NCBI GenBank assembly: GCA_002344075.1
Contig: DDTM01000021.1
Span: forward strand, 19,748-83,747
DNA length: 64,000 nt
Origin: Bacteroidetes bacterium UBA2364
Lineage (GTDB): Bacteria > Bacteroidota > Rhodothermia > Rhodothermales > UBA2364
Direction of reading: 5' to 3'
Every line of letters begins with the position of its first letter. Within the stretch, counting starts at the first letter, position 1. Under the pieces are notes generated by a model. It was not told the origin of the DNA. It saw only the letters and a program-made list of their open reading frames with translations, and made no database searches. Of this stretch, positions 17,362-25,699 are shown piece after piece. The translations under genes and the position numbers were made by a program.

Positions 17362-17477
17362 CCCTCTGGAAGTAGGATATTTGGGGAAAATATTCTCTCT
17401 GTTACACAAACTGCATGATTCAATAGTATCTTTTTAAGTTTTTAAAAGACGTTCCCTCGAAAAGTAAAATTAAGATA

Positions 17478-17948
17478 ATGAACAAAATTAAGTATTTGTT
17501 TTTTCTACTTGTCCTGTTTGTACTTCCAGCCTGCCAAGACGATCCCGTCAAAAAGTATGAGGGACGAAATCCTAAAGCAGGGATCTTTTTAGAGCAAGGA
17601 AAAGACTTGATGCTCAAAAACGATACCTACATGGATGCCGAAACCGGAAAACCCTATACTGGCGAAATCAAAGGCGCCATTCCCCAAGATGTAACCCAGC
17701 GAATGGACGCTAAAATGAAAAATGGGAAATTTGAAGGCGAGTATAAGGTCTATTTTACCGAAAATGGTAAAGAGTTCCTCCGGCTAAAACGAACTTATAA
17801 AAATGGGATCGAAGTAGGTACCACTACAAAATATTACTCTGATGGCAAAGTCCTTGCAGAATTCAAATATAATGACCAAGGGAAACTAATATGTAGCGTG
17901 AACTACGACAAAGCCGGAAAAAAGACCTTCAATAACTGCATAAACTAA
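17478..17948 (+). CDS. Lipoprotein with MORN-variant (YwqK-like) repeats
   Basis: Lipobox LFVLPAC. Repeats of the type G(K/E)..G.Y..Y..(N/D)G occur, e.g. KNGKFEGEYKVYFTENGK, YKNGIEVGTTTKYYSDGK, YNDQGKL. Confidence 0.7.
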   Translation: MNKIKYLFFLLVLFVLPACQDDPVKKYEGRNPKAGIFLEQGKDLMLKNDTYMDAETGKPYTGEIKGAIPQDVTQRMDAKMKNGKFEGEYKVYFTENGKEFLRLKRTYKNGIEVGTTTKYYSDGKVLAEFKYNDQGKLICSVNYDKAGKKTFNNCIN

Positions 17949-18193
17949 CCGGTACGTTGCGTACTTCTCGCGAATTCGTGATAGGATGCGTGTTCCACAT
18001 TTGCATTTTGAGTGCACTTGACGTAATATATCGGTGATGTATTGGATTCAAGGCGTCAGTGAGACAGGAGTAGTGTATGCCCTTTTCTTGTTGAGGTACT
18101 TTTGCATTTATACATCGTTTTTAAAATGACCCTTAACAATACCAATAACCTAATCCTTAACAATCACTCTAACTAACAGTAATCTGAAGAGGT

Positions 18194-21100
18194 ATGATGA
18201 TGAAAAAAACCTTCTCGAAAGTACTGGCAGTCGTAGCAGTGGGTTTACTGGGCTTTAGCGCCGCTTTTGCCCAGACAGGACAACCTTTCAGTGCCATTTT
18301 AACGTTGGATACCAACGGTAACGGCAAAATTGATAAGGTCGTTCTTATAAACTCAGGCTCCGTAGGAAGCTCCTTCCAAGCGGGTACTGCCCCCAACTAT
18401 GACGGGTTCTCCGTTGCTGGCTACACCTTCTCTGATGCCGCCCCAACACTTGGCGACTTTGAAGGCGATCCTGCAACGATGCCCTATGCTGATGCCCTGC
18501 GTTCTGCCGGCGTAACTGGCCTTTCCATTGCAGGTGCTGGCTATCAAGACGTCTTCTTGTCGGTTACCGAAAAAGCTTCGTTCGACGGCGATGCCAAACC
18601 ACAAGTAACGTACAATGCCAACACCGGTCAATTGGCTATGATTGGCGGTGGAACCAAAGTAGGTCAGGTCGAAACCTTCACCCTCGATGAGCAAGATGGT
18701 GTATTTGTATCGTTTGCGTCTGCTTGTACAGCGGATGCCGATTCAGATGGCCGGATTGACCAAGTGAAAATTACGCTGAATGGCCCGATTGCGACGACGG
18801 GCTTTGCAGCTGGCGCCTTTGCGGATGTGACGGCTGCACCAGCACCTCCTCACAGTGTGAGTGGCGGTGGAATTGCCAATGATGGTGGTGTAGGGGTAGT
18901 TACCCTCAACATCAACGAAGTCTATCCACAAGCATGGACAGGTGAAGCCCTCACGATGACCTATACCGCTGGTAATATTACCGATCAAGGTGGCTTGCGT
19001 CTTCTGAACAACTTCCGTGCTCCAGGTGCTATTCCTGCTCCTACCAACTTTGCCGTAAAAGACTGTGTGGCACCGTTTGTAACTTCTGCAGAAACAAATG
19101 ACACCAACGTAGCAGGTGGTACCGCAGGGGCTACCCATATCGCAGGTTCGCCTAATATGCAAGGAAATGGTAAAATTGACACCTATACCGTTACCTACTC
19201 GGAAGTTGTAACCCTTCCGGCATTGGCTGACTTTAAAACTGCAACCTCCATCTCGGATGCGTTCTATGGCGCTTATACCGTTGCTTCTTTTGGTGCAAAC
19301 ACCTTGGAATCTGGCCCTCATGCCAACTTGGCAAGCCGCTACACCAAAAGTGTTTTGAACCTGACGGAAAAATCAACCCCGGATACCGATGCAACGCCAA
19401 GTTTTACATACACCAATCAGACAACAGCTTCCAAGCGAATTGTGGATGCCGTAAACCTTGAATTGGCAAAAGGAGGCAACACCGAAGCTTCTTCAACTGC
19501 TTCCAGCGTAACCTTCCCTGGTGATGATGATGCTCCGCCTGCAATGGTTGATATCTGCGCTTTGGATACCAACAAAGACGGTTACATTGATGCGTTGGAG
19601 TTTCTCTATTCCGAGAAATTAGGCAATAATTTAGGTCTTTACTTGAATGCCAAAGCCAGTGCCGCAGCGGTACGTACCGATGAAGCCACAAAAGGTAATG
19701 CCAAATGGAGCCAAAACAACTTCTTGGCACGCACCAATGATGGAACAAATCCAATTGCGATTGATCACGCATTTACACAAGCTCGTCCGGACAACCGTAC
19801 CATACGCGTATTCTTGATGGGGTTTGATAAGTCTGTATTGACCGATGCTGCCGGAACCAACTTAGGTTATACGAAGGCAGATGCAACAGGTGAAGCTGCT
19901 ACCTATCATACGGATTATATGCCACAAAGCCGCTATTTGGCTGATGGAAACTCAGAAGACATTGGCGACCGCGATCCGGTACAAACCAACCAAGCGGTTC
20001 CGGATGGCTTCCCTGCTCCTGGTCGTGAACTGTGGCTCCGTAATGCAACAGACAAAGCCGCTCCAGTTGCTATGTATGCTGGTACGGTGGACCAAAATGC
20101 CAACGGTAAGTTGGATGGTTATTACATCATCTTCTCCGAGCCAGTGGATGGCGCAACCGTAGGCGCACAAGGTACAGTTACCCCTGCATTCTCGGTAGAT
20201 GGCTATGGAACGGTTTCTGTAAACGTTGACCATCCAAAAGATGTAAACGACAACGACAACGTGGTGTTTGTATCCTATGCCGAAGGCAGTGCATATGATA
20301 CTGGTGCCGTTCCGGCGATTTCATCGGGATCTTCCATCAACCTTGATCTTCTCTTGACAATGGTTGACTCTCCAGACTTACCACAACGTGGTGGTCAGGT
20401 TCGTGTTAAATATGATGGAAACGCTCCGATGACAATTGAAGGTACATTCTCCAACTTGGCTACTTCTTTCACGAAGCTGATGTTGGAAGATGCTGCAAAC
20501 GCTGCCAATAACAAAGACATCACTGCTTCCGTAACAGGTGTTGCAGCCGTTAATGGCCGTGGTGGTTCTATCTTTGCGACAGTTCCCGTAGACGCTGCTT
20601 TAAAAACAGCACTTCAGAACGGTACTGTTTCCCTCAAAGTTTACGGAACAGGTACGCCTGCTCCGGTTGAATTGTCGGTTGCTTTGACAGGAACCAACAT
20701 CAAAGACTTTGCTGGAAACGCAATGGTCTCCGTAAGTGATGCCATGAATAATACGTTGAACCACAAGAGCGGTACACCAGCTGTTCTGGATCGCCTCTAT
20801 GATGATGCAGAGCCTGTACTTGTTCGCGCCGTTGGTCAAGTGGGCTTCAAGCGCATTCGTGTAACATTCTCTGAAACCGTACGTGAAGTAGGTGCTGCTG
20901 AAAGCAACTTCACCTATAGCAATGATGGTACACCTCCGGGAACCCCAACCCCAACCCATGCATCTGCTTATGGCGGTGGTGCTATTACCTTTACCGCTGG
21001 TGCAACATCATTTACGATTGATAATGCGACCAATAATAACCTAATCAAGTATGACGTATTGGGTGATGTATTGGGTATTGTACGTGCAAACATCACGGTC

Positions 21101-23764
21101 AATAACAACTATATTTCGGATATGGCTGGTGTAACCGCTGTTTCTGGACGTAGTGCAACGGTTACCATTGCTAACACCCTGAATATCCCGAACCTCCCAA
21201 CGGACCGCTATGGCGCAACCCCGACGGTAGCGAAGGCTTCTGGTGCTGCTGTAGTAACAGCCATGCAAATTACAGGTGCTGGTCAGGGTGGAAACCCAAT
21301 CTGGGGAACCGCTGCTTCCAGCAACGATCGTAAGGGCAATATTACCAATGGTATTGACATCTCGATCAATGATCCGGATGCACCGAAAGTAGTTGCCGCT
21401 TGGACTTTAGACCGCAACTCAGACGGTAAAGTGGATCTCATCCTAGTTAAGTTGGACGAAGAAATTGACGACAATACCGTTGATGCTTCTAAGTTCACGG
21501 TTGCAGGTTATACGGTCAATAGCTTCATCAAACCAGCTACTGCTGGTGGTGCAAACGACCCACGTACCTACTATTGGTCCGATGGTGCCGAAAATACGGG
21601 TACCACAATGAACCAAGTGGATCAACTCCAAGATGAATGGGTTGCTCTTGATGTAGCGAAAACAGGGGGTGCAGCAGAAGGTGATACGGATGCTAAGCCA
21701 CAAGTTACCAATGCTGCTGGTGCGGTTTCTGACTTCAACTCGAACCAGATCGCTGCCAACAGCACAGGTGTTGCTTCTATGGACTATGCTGGTCCAGCAA
21801 TTGTGAAGGCTGACATCATCGGCCCGAACACCTTTGTGGTTAATTTCTCGGAAAACGTTGCTGTAGCTTCCGTAAATAATGGTGATATCGGAATAAGTGT
21901 GAACAACCTTGGATTGCCATTCGCAACCGATCTGATTGCTACCAATGTTTCTGGTCGTACCGTTACATTCACAACGTACCCCATTAACCTCTTTATGATT
22001 GCGCCAGCAAATAAATTGGAATTGGGTTTGATGGACATCAACGTCGTAAAAGACTTGAACGGAACGGCACGCTTCAACCTGCAAAACGTAAATGATGCTG
22101 CTCCAACCAATGCCTTAGATGGCCCAAACAACGGTGTCATTACGGCAAATGATCTTGTACGCACGATTTCTCCGATCACCGCTTGTGGTGCAACTGGCCC
22201 GGCTCTTGTGGCTGGAACCAATGGTGCAGTGGTATCTGGCGAGATCTGCCGCTCGACGAACGATCCATTCCATCCGAGTTATCAGTTCGGCGCAACCAAA
22301 GTTGCCCGTTATGAAATCTACATGACGAAAGGTGGTGTAACCACGTTGGTTGCCCAATTTGCTCCGCCTTCAACTGGTTCGAATGGAACAACTGGGACGG
22401 ACAAATTCTCGGTAACGTTTGCTGTTGCTCCGACCAGTGGAACGGTTACATTTGGTGTAGCAGTGGTTGGCGAAAACATGACAAAAGACGATGGTGTACG
22501 TGAAGCAGGTAACAACTACACGCTTGCTACTGGCGCTGCTTCCAATATGGTTGCATGGGGTACCGTTAATATGACGGACGATGTGCCTCCAGCCAACGTT
22601 GGCAAAGACCTCTCTATTGTTGACGGTGATGCTGGTAAGCAATTGGTTGCTTCCTTCACCTCTTCCGATCATGGCCGCTTTGAAACCTATGGACCTGCAT
22701 TCGGAACAACCGTTGGCAACACAGTAACGGTTTATAAAGTTACCGAATACAAGGTATATGACGCAGCTGGTACGCTTGTCGCAACAGTTCCTGCAACGCA
22801 AGCAACCGTGACAGGCAGCAAGGTGTCTATCACCTTCGAAGCGCCTTCTTATGGTGCAGGTAACTACACCGTCAAAGCTTCCGACGGCATCAATGTTTCA
22901 GAAGGCTCTAACGTTGCAGGTGGTGCAGCCATCGGCGGTACCGTTCCTGGTGATGCCAACGGTGACGGCAAAGTGAACGTTCAAGATTTGGCTGTCTTTG
23001 CTCAAACCTACGGTGCAACCGCCGGAAGTGGTAACTACACCAAATCATTCGACTTCGACAACAACGGCTCAATCGGTTTGGCCGACTATGCCCGCTTTGC
23101 GAAACTCTTCGGCACAGGTGCTGCACTCGGCAAAACCGAGCAACTCCCTGCAACTTCTGCGAAGTTGAGTGTTGAAGTAAAAGGCAACCTTGCTTATGTT
23201 CGTGCCAATGGCTTGACCAACGTACAAGGCTTCCAATTTGACATCGCGGTTGATGGTGGCGAAGTTGTTAAGGTACAAGATGGTGCTGCATTCAAAGGCA
23301 ACAGCCTCTCGGTAGCTTCTGGTAATACTTATGCTGTTGCTTCTACCGCAGGTGCCGTTGAAAATGGCGTAATCGCAGTAATCGAACTCAGCGCGAAAGC
23401 GAAGAGCGTAAAACTCAGCGATATCATCGTAGTTGAAGCCAGTGCTGCTAAAGGTGCAGACGAGGTAATGGGTGTTGGTATCCCAAGCGAATTCGCTTTG
23501 GATCAAAACTATCCGAACCCGTTCAACCCCACAACGGCCATTCGCTTCAGCTTGCCTGAAAACGCTAATGTTAAACTCCAAATCTTCGACATGACAGGCC
23601 GCCTCGTTAAAACGTTGGTTGCTGGTCAAGTTGAGGCTGGTGTACACACCATGACTTGGAATGCGACCGACAACGCGGGCGCTCCGGTTGCAAGTGGTGT
23701 TTACCTCTATCGCATCCAAGCAGGTAACTTCGTGAAGGTCAATAAAATGACCCTTCTGAAATAA
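18194..23764 (+). CDS. Giant (1856 aa) modular cell-surface protein with dockerin, a cohesin-like module and a T9SS C-terminal sorting domain
   Basis: Signal peptide (AVVAVGLLGFSAAFAQ). Six modules open with a Dx(D/N)xDGxxD-like motif. The dockerin is at 22952-23113 and the cohesin-like module at 23165-23463. The T9SS tail is at 23507-23761 (NYPNPFNPTTAIRFSLPENANVKLQIFDMTGRLV...YLYRIQAGNFVKVNKMTLLK). Confidence 0.85.
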   Translation: MMMKKTFSKVLAVVAVGLLGFSAAFAQTGQPFSAILTLDTNGNGKIDKVVLINSGSVGSSFQAGTAPNYDGFSVAGYTFSDAAPTLGDFEGDPATMPYADALRSAGVTGLSIAGAGYQDVFLSVTEKASFDGDAKPQVTYNANTGQLAMIGGGTKVGQVETFTLDEQDGVFVSFASACTADADSDGRIDQVKITLNGPIATTGFAAGAFADVTAAPAPPHSVSGGGIANDGGVGVVTLNINEVYPQAWTGEALTMTYTAGNITDQGGLRLLNNFRAPGAIPAPTNFAVKDCVAPFVTSAETNDTNVAGGTAGATHIAGSPNMQGNGKIDTYTVTYSEVVTLPALADFKTATSISDAFYGAYTVASFGANTLESGPHANLASRYTKSVLNLTEKSTPDTDATPSFTYTNQTTASKRIVDAVNLELAKGGNTEASSTASSVTFPGDDDAPPAMVDICALDTNKDGYIDALEFLYSEKLGNNLGLYLNAKASAAAVRTDEATKGNAKWSQNNFLARTNDGTNPIAIDHAFTQARPDNRTIRVFLMGFDKSVLTDAAGTNLGYTKADATGEAATYHTDYMPQSRYLADGNSEDIGDRDPVQTNQAVPDGFPAPGRELWLRNATDKAAPVAMYAGTVDQNANGKLDGYYIIFSEPVDGATVGAQGTVTPAFSVDGYGTVSVNVDHPKDVNDNDNVVFVSYAEGSAYDTGAVPAISSGSSINLDLLLTMVDSPDLPQRGGQVRVKYDGNAPMTIEGTFSNLATSFTKLMLEDAANAANNKDITASVTGVAAVNGRGGSIFATVPVDAALKTALQNGTVSLKVYGTGTPAPVELSVALTGTNIKDFAGNAMVSVSDAMNNTLNHKSGTPAVLDRLYDDAEPVLVRAVGQVGFKRIRVTFSETVREVGAAESNFTYSNDGTPPGTPTPTHASAYGGGAITFTAGATSFTIDNATNNNLIKYDVLGDVLGIVRANITVNNNYISDMAGVTAVSGRSATVTIANTLNIPNLPTDRYGATPTVAKASGAAVVTAMQITGAGQGGNPIWGTAASSNDRKGNITNGIDISINDPDAPKVVAAWTLDRNSDGKVDLILVKLDEEIDDNTVDASKFTVAGYTVNSFIKPATAGGANDPRTYYWSDGAENTGTTMNQVDQLQDEWVALDVAKTGGAAEGDTDAKPQVTNAAGAVSDFNSNQIAANSTGVASMDYAGPAIVKADIIGPNTFVVNFSENVAVASVNNGDIGISVNNLGLPFATDLIATNVSGRTVTFTTYPINLFMIAPANKLELGLMDINVVKDLNGTARFNLQNVNDAAPTNALDGPNNGVITANDLVRTISPITACGATGPALVAGTNGAVVSGEICRSTNDPFHPSYQFGATKVARYEIYMTKGGVTTLVAQFAPPSTGSNGTTGTDKFSVTFAVAPTSGTVTFGVAVVGENMTKDDGVREAGNNYTLATGAASNMVAWGTVNMTDDVPPANVGKDLSIVDGDAGKQLVASFTSSDHGRFETYGPAFGTTVGNTVTVYKVTEYKVYDAAGTLVATVPATQATVTGSKVSITFEAPSYGAGNYTVKASDGINVSEGSNVAGGAAIGGTVPGDANGDGKVNVQDLAVFAQTYGATAGSGNYTKSFDFDNNGSIGLADYARFAKLFGTGAALGKTEQLPATSAKLSVEVKGNLAYVRANGLTNVQGFQFDIAVDGGEVVKVQDGAAFKGNSLSVASGNTYAVASTAGAVENGVIAVIELSAKAKSVKLSDIIVVEASAAKGADEVMGVGIPSEFALDQNYPNPFNPTTAIRFSLPENANVKLQIFDMTGRLVKTLVAGQVEAGVHTMTWNATDNAGAPVASGVYLYRIQAGNFVKVNKMTLLK
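22952..23113 (+). other. Dockerin type I module (two EF-hand-like Ca-binding segments)
   Basis: DANGDGKVNVQDLAVFAQTYG ... DFDNNGSIGLADYARFAKLFG. This is the duplicated DxNxDGxxxxxD loop-helix pattern of dockerins. Confidence 0.75.
23165..23463 (+). other. Cohesin-like beta-sandwich module
   Basis: LSVEVKGNLAYVRANGLTNVQGFQFDIAVDGGEVVKVQDG...GVIAVIELSAKAKSVKLSDIIVVEA. The 'v.gfqfdi.yd' style core resembles cohesin modules. The assignment is by eye only. Confidence 0.5.
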
Positions 23765-23788
23765 GCCTGATATCAGGTTCAGACCAAG

Positions 23789-23822
23789 AAAGGGGGAGGG
23801 TGACCAAACCCTTCCCCTTTTA
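23789..23822 (+). terminator. Rho-independent terminator of the giant gene
   Basis: AAAGGGGGAGGGT-GACCAA-ACCCTTCCCCTTT (one G-U pair) followed by T. The perfect palindrome CCTGATATCAGG sits just before it. Confidence 0.8.
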
Positions 23823-23959
23823 AGGTTTTGAAATCCCTTAGCGTATTCCAAGACAAACCATGCAAATTATTGAATTACCAATTGATTATTGAAATGATCT
23901 GATGTGTAAATCAAAGCATGAAACCGGGATAGAACCAAAAACAAGGATAGAGGAAAAAA

Positions 23960-25576
23960 ATGAAATTGATCAAGATTCACGTATATGCATTGGCGCTTTT
24001 TGCTTTGGTTGGAATCAGCCGTGCGCAGGTCGGAGGCTCTATTGACTTTGATTTGAAAGCGGGCGATCAAGGTTTAAAAAGCGTTGAAGGTAACCTCAAA
24101 GGTGGGGACATCCACAATGTTGAGGTACATGCTTCAAATGTGACCAATGCCATTGCATTCGAGATCAAGGTATCGTTCGACAATACGTTTTTCACCTACA
24201 CCGCGCAAACAATTGGTCTGAAAGGGACGAAGTCTAATCAGGCTAATCTATTGACGCAAAATGGTGGTACGATTTTTAACGGTGCTGGTCTCGAAACAAT
24301 TACAACGAGTGGAACCAAAACAACGATTACCCTTTCGGTTGCATTGAGCGGTGCAAGTCAAACCAGCAATTCGGTAACGGGTGGTGGATTTTTGGCAAAC
24401 ATTCCTTTAAGCATTAACAATGGGGTTGCAACCGGAAAGTCCGGAACGGTTACTTTAGAAGAACTGACCATTTTGGACAAAGCCTTTGCGGCTAGTACGG
24501 TAAGTCCGGCAGTTAGCGGGACGGTGAAAGTCAATGGTGCTCCGACCCAGACCTCGATCACCAATCCTGCGAATGGTGCTCAGGTAACGGTAGCAGGTCA
24601 GCCGACCGATACGATTTCACCAACGTGGTCCGCTTCTACGGATCCAGATGGAAAGGCTGTTTCCTATACTTGGCAACTGGCCACAGATGCAGCATTTACG
24701 ACTGTCTTAAATTCAGCGACCACAACCGATACCAAAGTAACACTTACCCTCAAGCAAGTGGATGATATCCTCGCTGCTGCTGGGGTTGCAAAAGGTGGAA
24801 AAGTAACGGTTTATCACCGTGCGAATGCATCTGATGGTGTAAACACCACATTGGGAACTGCAGCAACTGTTGAGTTAACTCGTGGCGTTGTGAATGCACG
24901 TCCATCTGCGGTTGCTGGTCTTATTCCAACGAATGACGCCACTCATGTGGTAGAAGGTGCTCCGACTGGTACCTTGGCTGTTTCTTGGAATGCTGCAACC
25001 GATGCAGAAAATGATGCTTTAAAATATACATGGCAACTTTCTACGGACCCGACCTTTCCGTTAGGCAATGCTACGTATGTAAAAGATGCTGGTTCAGCTA
25101 CGAATTTTTCTATCACTACTGGTGATCTGAATGCATTGTTGAAAAACACCTTTAAAATTGCTGGTGGTGCTACCGCAACGTTCTACCATCGTGTACTGGT
25201 AAGTGATGGGGTGAATTCGGCAGTGGCCAGCAGTGCGAATAAAGTGAACTTCAAGCGTGGGCCTGTAACGGCAAGCGAAAGTGAAGTGGAACTTCCTGCT
25301 GAATTCGCAGTTAAAGGTAACTATCCGAACCCGTTTAATCCTTCAACCAAGATCAGTTTTGACTTACCCGGCAATGCCTTAGTTGGTATTCAGGTATATG
25401 ACATTCAGGGACGCCTCGTGATGGAGATGCCTAAAGTAGCTTTCCAAGGCGGTGCAAATCAAACCATGAACGTCAATGCTGCATCTTTGCAATCAGGGAC
25501 TTACCTCTACCGTGTTACAGCCGAATTAACCACTGGCAAAGTTACACAAATAGGCCGGATGACCCTGTTAAAGTAA
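23960..25576 (+). CDS. Secreted protein with an N-terminal cohesin-like module, two tandem ~120-aa repeats and a T9SS C-terminal sorting domain
   Basis: Signal peptide (ALALFALVGISRAQ). A cohesin-like segment is present (IHNVEVHASNVTNAIAFEIKVSFDNTFFTYT...). Two repeats carry W(S/N)A(S/A)TD......YTWQL(A/S)TD. The T9SS tail reads NYPNPFNPSTKISFDLPGNALVGIQVYDIQGRLV...YLYRVTAELTTGKVTQIGRMTLLK. Confidence 0.8.
   Translation: MKLIKIHVYALALFALVGISRAQVGGSIDFDLKAGDQGLKSVEGNLKGGDIHNVEVHASNVTNAIAFEIKVSFDNTFFTYTAQTIGLKGTKSNQANLLTQNGGTIFNGAGLETITTSGTKTTITLSVALSGASQTSNSVTGGGFLANIPLSINNGVATGKSGTVTLEELTILDKAFAASTVSPAVSGTVKVNGAPTQTSITNPANGAQVTVAGQPTDTISPTWSASTDPDGKAVSYTWQLATDAAFTTVLNSATTTDTKVTLTLKQVDDILAAAGVAKGGKVTVYHRANASDGVNTTLGTAATVELTRGVVNARPSAVAGLIPTNDATHVVEGAPTGTLAVSWNAATDAENDALKYTWQLSTDPTFPLGNATYVKDAGSATNFSITTGDLNALLKNTFKIAGGATATFYHRVLVSDGVNSAVASSANKVNFKRGPVTASESEVELPAEFAVKGNYPNPFNPSTKISFDLPGNALVGIQVYDIQGRLVMEMPKVAFQGGANQTMNVNAASLQSGTYLYRVTAELTTGKVTQIGRMTLLK
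24533..25261 (+). repeat. Intragenic tandem duplication of a ~120-aa domain (two copies)
   Basis: Copy 1 spans aa 192-309 and copy 2 aa 312-434. Shared landmarks: PT.T...W.A.TD......YTWQL.TD..F, then G(G/K)..T.YHR...SDGVN, then R-G. Confidence 0.7.
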
Positions 25577-25650
25577 GTAGATGGTTCGTTTAAACTTTGG
25601 AAATCATCATCTCATGCTTCATCAGTCCGTTTGGTGAGGTATTGTTAAAG

Positions 25651-25689
25651 GGGCCTCCTAATGCAGAAGCGTTGGGGGGCTATTTTTTT
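25651..25689 (+). terminator. Probable terminator between convergent genes
   Basis: GGCCTCC ... GGGGGGCT stem (with G-U pairs) and a ~15-nt loop, followed by ATTTTTTT. Confidence 0.45.
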
Positions 25690-25699
25690 GAGAAATTTA

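Noticed and set aside
18353-23851. Many antisense or off-frame ORFs (65-260 aa) inside the giant surface-protein gene.
   Set aside because: They are nested within a 5.5-kb ORF that has clear domain structure and a T9SS tail. Their translations are Arg/Cys/Trp-rich nonsense, typical of shadow ORFs.
23866-23893. The 9-bp direct repeat ATTATTGAA occurs twice, 19 bp apart, upstream of the second T9SS gene.
   Set aside because: It is short and sits in AT-rich DNA, so it is plausibly chance. It overlaps a possible TTGAAT-N17-AATGAT promoter, but nothing supports a regulator site.
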